Shown here piece after piece: positions 62,149 to 64,000 of a DNA stretch of 64,000 nucleotides (positions are counted from its first letter, which is position 1; each line of letters opens with the position of its first letter). This stretch comes from Candidatus Dormiibacterota bacterium. GTDB taxonomy: Bacteria; Chloroflexota; Dormibacteria; Aeolococcales; Aeolococcaceae. Under the pieces are notes generated by a model. It ran no database searches, had not been told where the DNA came from, and saw only the letters and a list, made by a program, of their open reading frames with translations. The position numbers were made by a program, and so were the translations under genes. The stretch covers positions 1,056,001-1,120,000 of the forward strand of contig OY970355.1 of assembly GCA_963718525.1 (NCBI GenBank), given 5' to 3'.

Positions 62149-64000
62149 CAGATGTCGAGGTTGCGCACGCTCGTGGCGTGGGTCTGGATGAAGCGCTTGC
62201 GAGGCTCGACGTCGGAGCCCATCAGGCGATCGAAGATGTCATCCGCCTTGAGTGCGTCCGCAACACCGACCTGCAGCAGGACTCTGCGGTCGGGATCCAT
62301 CGTCGTTGCCCAGAGCTCCTCGGACATCATCTCGCCGAGTCCCTTGTAGCGGGACACTTCGGTGTCGCGCCCCATCGACTTGACCTTGTCGTCACGCTGG
62401 TCGTCGCTGAAGGCGTATTCGGTCTGCCGGTTCTTGCCTCTGCCCTTCTCGAGCTTGTACAGCGGCGGCTGGGCCAGATAGAGAAAGCCACCGTCGACGA
62501 GCGGACGCAGGTGGCGCCAGAAGAACGTGAGCAGCAGGGTGCGGATGTGCGAACCATCGACATCCGCGTCCGCCATGAGCACGATGCGGTGATAGCGGAG
62601 CTTGTCCACGCTGAACGTCTCGCCGAACCCGCCGCCCAGCGCCATGATCAGGTCCTTGATCTGCTCGTTGCCGAGAATCTTGTCGGCTCGCGCCTTCTCC
62701 ACGTTGAGGATCTTGCCGCGGAGCGGAAGGATTGCCTGGTTGCGGCGTTCGCGTGCCTCCTTCGCCGTGCCGCCTGCCGACAGACCCTCGACGATGAAGA
62801 TCTCGCAGTGCGCCGGGTCGCGCTCGCTGCAGTCAACCAGCTTGCCCGGCAACGTCGCCGACTCGAGCAATGACTTGCGCTGCACCAGGTCGCGCGCCTT
62901 CGCCGCGGCCTGGCGGGCGCGCGCAGCCGTCAGTGACTGGTCGATGATGCGGCGACCGTCGGCCGGGTTCTCCTCGAGGTACTGCATGAGTGCCTCGCTC
63001 AGCACCGTCGAGACCTGGCCGGCGACTTCGCTGTTTCCCAGCTTGGTCTTGGTCTGACCCTCGAACTGCGGCTCGCGCAGCTTGACGCTGATCACGGCGG
63101 TCAGCCCGTCGCGCACGTCGTCGCCACTGAGGTTGGGGTCCTGTTCCTTGAGGATCGCAGCCTTGCGCGCGTACTTGTTGAGCGTTGCCGTGAGCGCGCT
63201 GCGGAACCCGGTGACGTGGGCGCCGCCTTCCTCCGTATGCACGTTGTTGGCAAAGGCGAGAACATGCTCGGTGAAGACCGTGTTCTGATACTGGAGCGCG
63301 ATCTCGACCACGTTGCCATCGATCTCCCGTTCCACGTACATCGGCTTCTGGTTGATGACGTTGCGGTTTGCGTTGAGATACCTGACGAAGGACTGAATAC
63401 CGCCCTCGAAATGGAAGGTGTACTCCTGGTCATCACGCTCGTCCGCGAGCTGAATCGTGATGCCCTTATTGAGGAACGCGTAGCTACGCAGTGACGTGGA
63501 CACTGTCTCCCAGGAGAACTCGATCTCCTCGAAGATCTCCGGGTCGGGCCAGAAGCGCACGAAGGTCCCCCGGCGGTCGGTGGTGCCGATCACCGTCACA
63601 GGTCCATCGGGCACTCCTCGCGTGTACTCCTGGTGGTGCGTCTCGCCGTCGAGGTACACCTCGACCACCAGACGCTCACTGAGTGCGTTGACGACCGAGA
63701 GACCGACGCCGTGGAGTCCACCGGAAACCTTGTAGCCGCCGCCCCCAAACTTTCCACCAGCATGGAGCGTGGTGAGCACCACCTCGAGCGCGGACTTCCT
63801 GGCGGTCGGATGCATGCCCACAGGGATGCCGCGCCCATTGTCCAGAACAGACACCGACTTGTCCGCGTGGATGACGATCTTGATGGTGTCGCACCAGCCG
63901 GCGAGCGCCTCGTCGATGCTGTTGTCGACGAGCTCGACGACGAGATGGTGCAGACCCCGAAGATCCGTGGAGCCGATGTACATCCCGGGCCGCCGCCGCA
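62148..64000 (-). CDS. gyrB: DNA gyrase subunit B (N-terminus outside the window)
   Basis: RRRPGMYIG, ELVDNSIDE, LHAGGKF, PLRGKILN, DADVDG and RYKGLGEM motifs. Confidence 0.97.
   Translation of the reverse strand, partial: RRRPGMYIGSTDLRGLHHLVVELVDNSIDEALAGWCDTIKIVIHADKSVSVLDNGRGIPVGMHPTARKSALEVVLTTLHAGGKFGGGGYKVSGGLHGVGLSVVNALSERLVVEVYLDGETHHQEYTRGVPDGPVTVIGTTDRRGTFVRFWPDPEIFEEIEFSWETVSTSLRSYAFLNKGITIQLADERDDQEYTFHFEGGIQSFVRYLNANRNVINQKPMYVEREIDGNVVEIALQYQNTVFTEHVLAFANNVHTEEGGAHVTGFRSALTATLNKYARKAAILKEQDPNLSGDDVRDGLTAVISVKLREPQFEGQTKTKLGNSEVAGQVSTVLSEALMQYLEENPADGRRIIDQSLTAARARQAAAKARDLVQRKSLLESATLPGKLVDCSERDPAHCEIFIVEGLSAGGTAKEARERRNQAILPLRGKILNVEKARADKILGNEQIKDLIMALGGGFGETFSVDKLRYHRIVLMADADVDGSHIRTLLLTFFWRHLRPLVDGGFLYLAQPPLYKLEKGRGKNRQTEYAFSDDQRDDKVKSMGRDTEVSRYKGLGEMMSEELWATTMDPDRRVLLQVGVADALKADDIFDRLMGSDVEPRKRFIQTHATSVRNLDI

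Overview
A high-GC bacterial chromosome segment, densely coding with about 60 genes, mostly housekeeping and metabolic. I found no phage, transposase, integrase, CRISPR array or rRNA. Gene content includes split gcvPA/gcvPB, a type I-beta DAHP synthase, plsX, an MshC-like ligase, Tad-type pilins, a DUF5679-like protein and many apparently leaderless genes. This suggests a monoderm high-GC Terrabacteria lineage such as Ca. Dormibacterota, Chloroflexota or deep Actinomycetota (inference only). Main loci in order: hutH-U-G-I coupled to a cysteine-desulfurase-like gene; three Tad minor pilins; an S53 peptidase; an acyl-CoA synthetase; MarR/MFS; a convergently split peptide ABC transporter flanking a ~200-nt highly structured intergenic element; ppk2; tRNA-Asp; an mshC-like gene; aroF; a degenerate sigma-70 homologue lacking region 4; a six-gene run from an Rpf-like gene to dinB behind a structured leader; gcvPA-gcvPB(frameshifted)-pyrE; an EF-G paralogue; and gyrB-plsX-gyrA. 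The best novelty candidates are the pseudo-sigma factor, the two structured RNA candidates, the MshC-like ligase and a recurrent GAGTCG-associated sequence anomaly. All family calls come from motif recognition by eye, without database searches.
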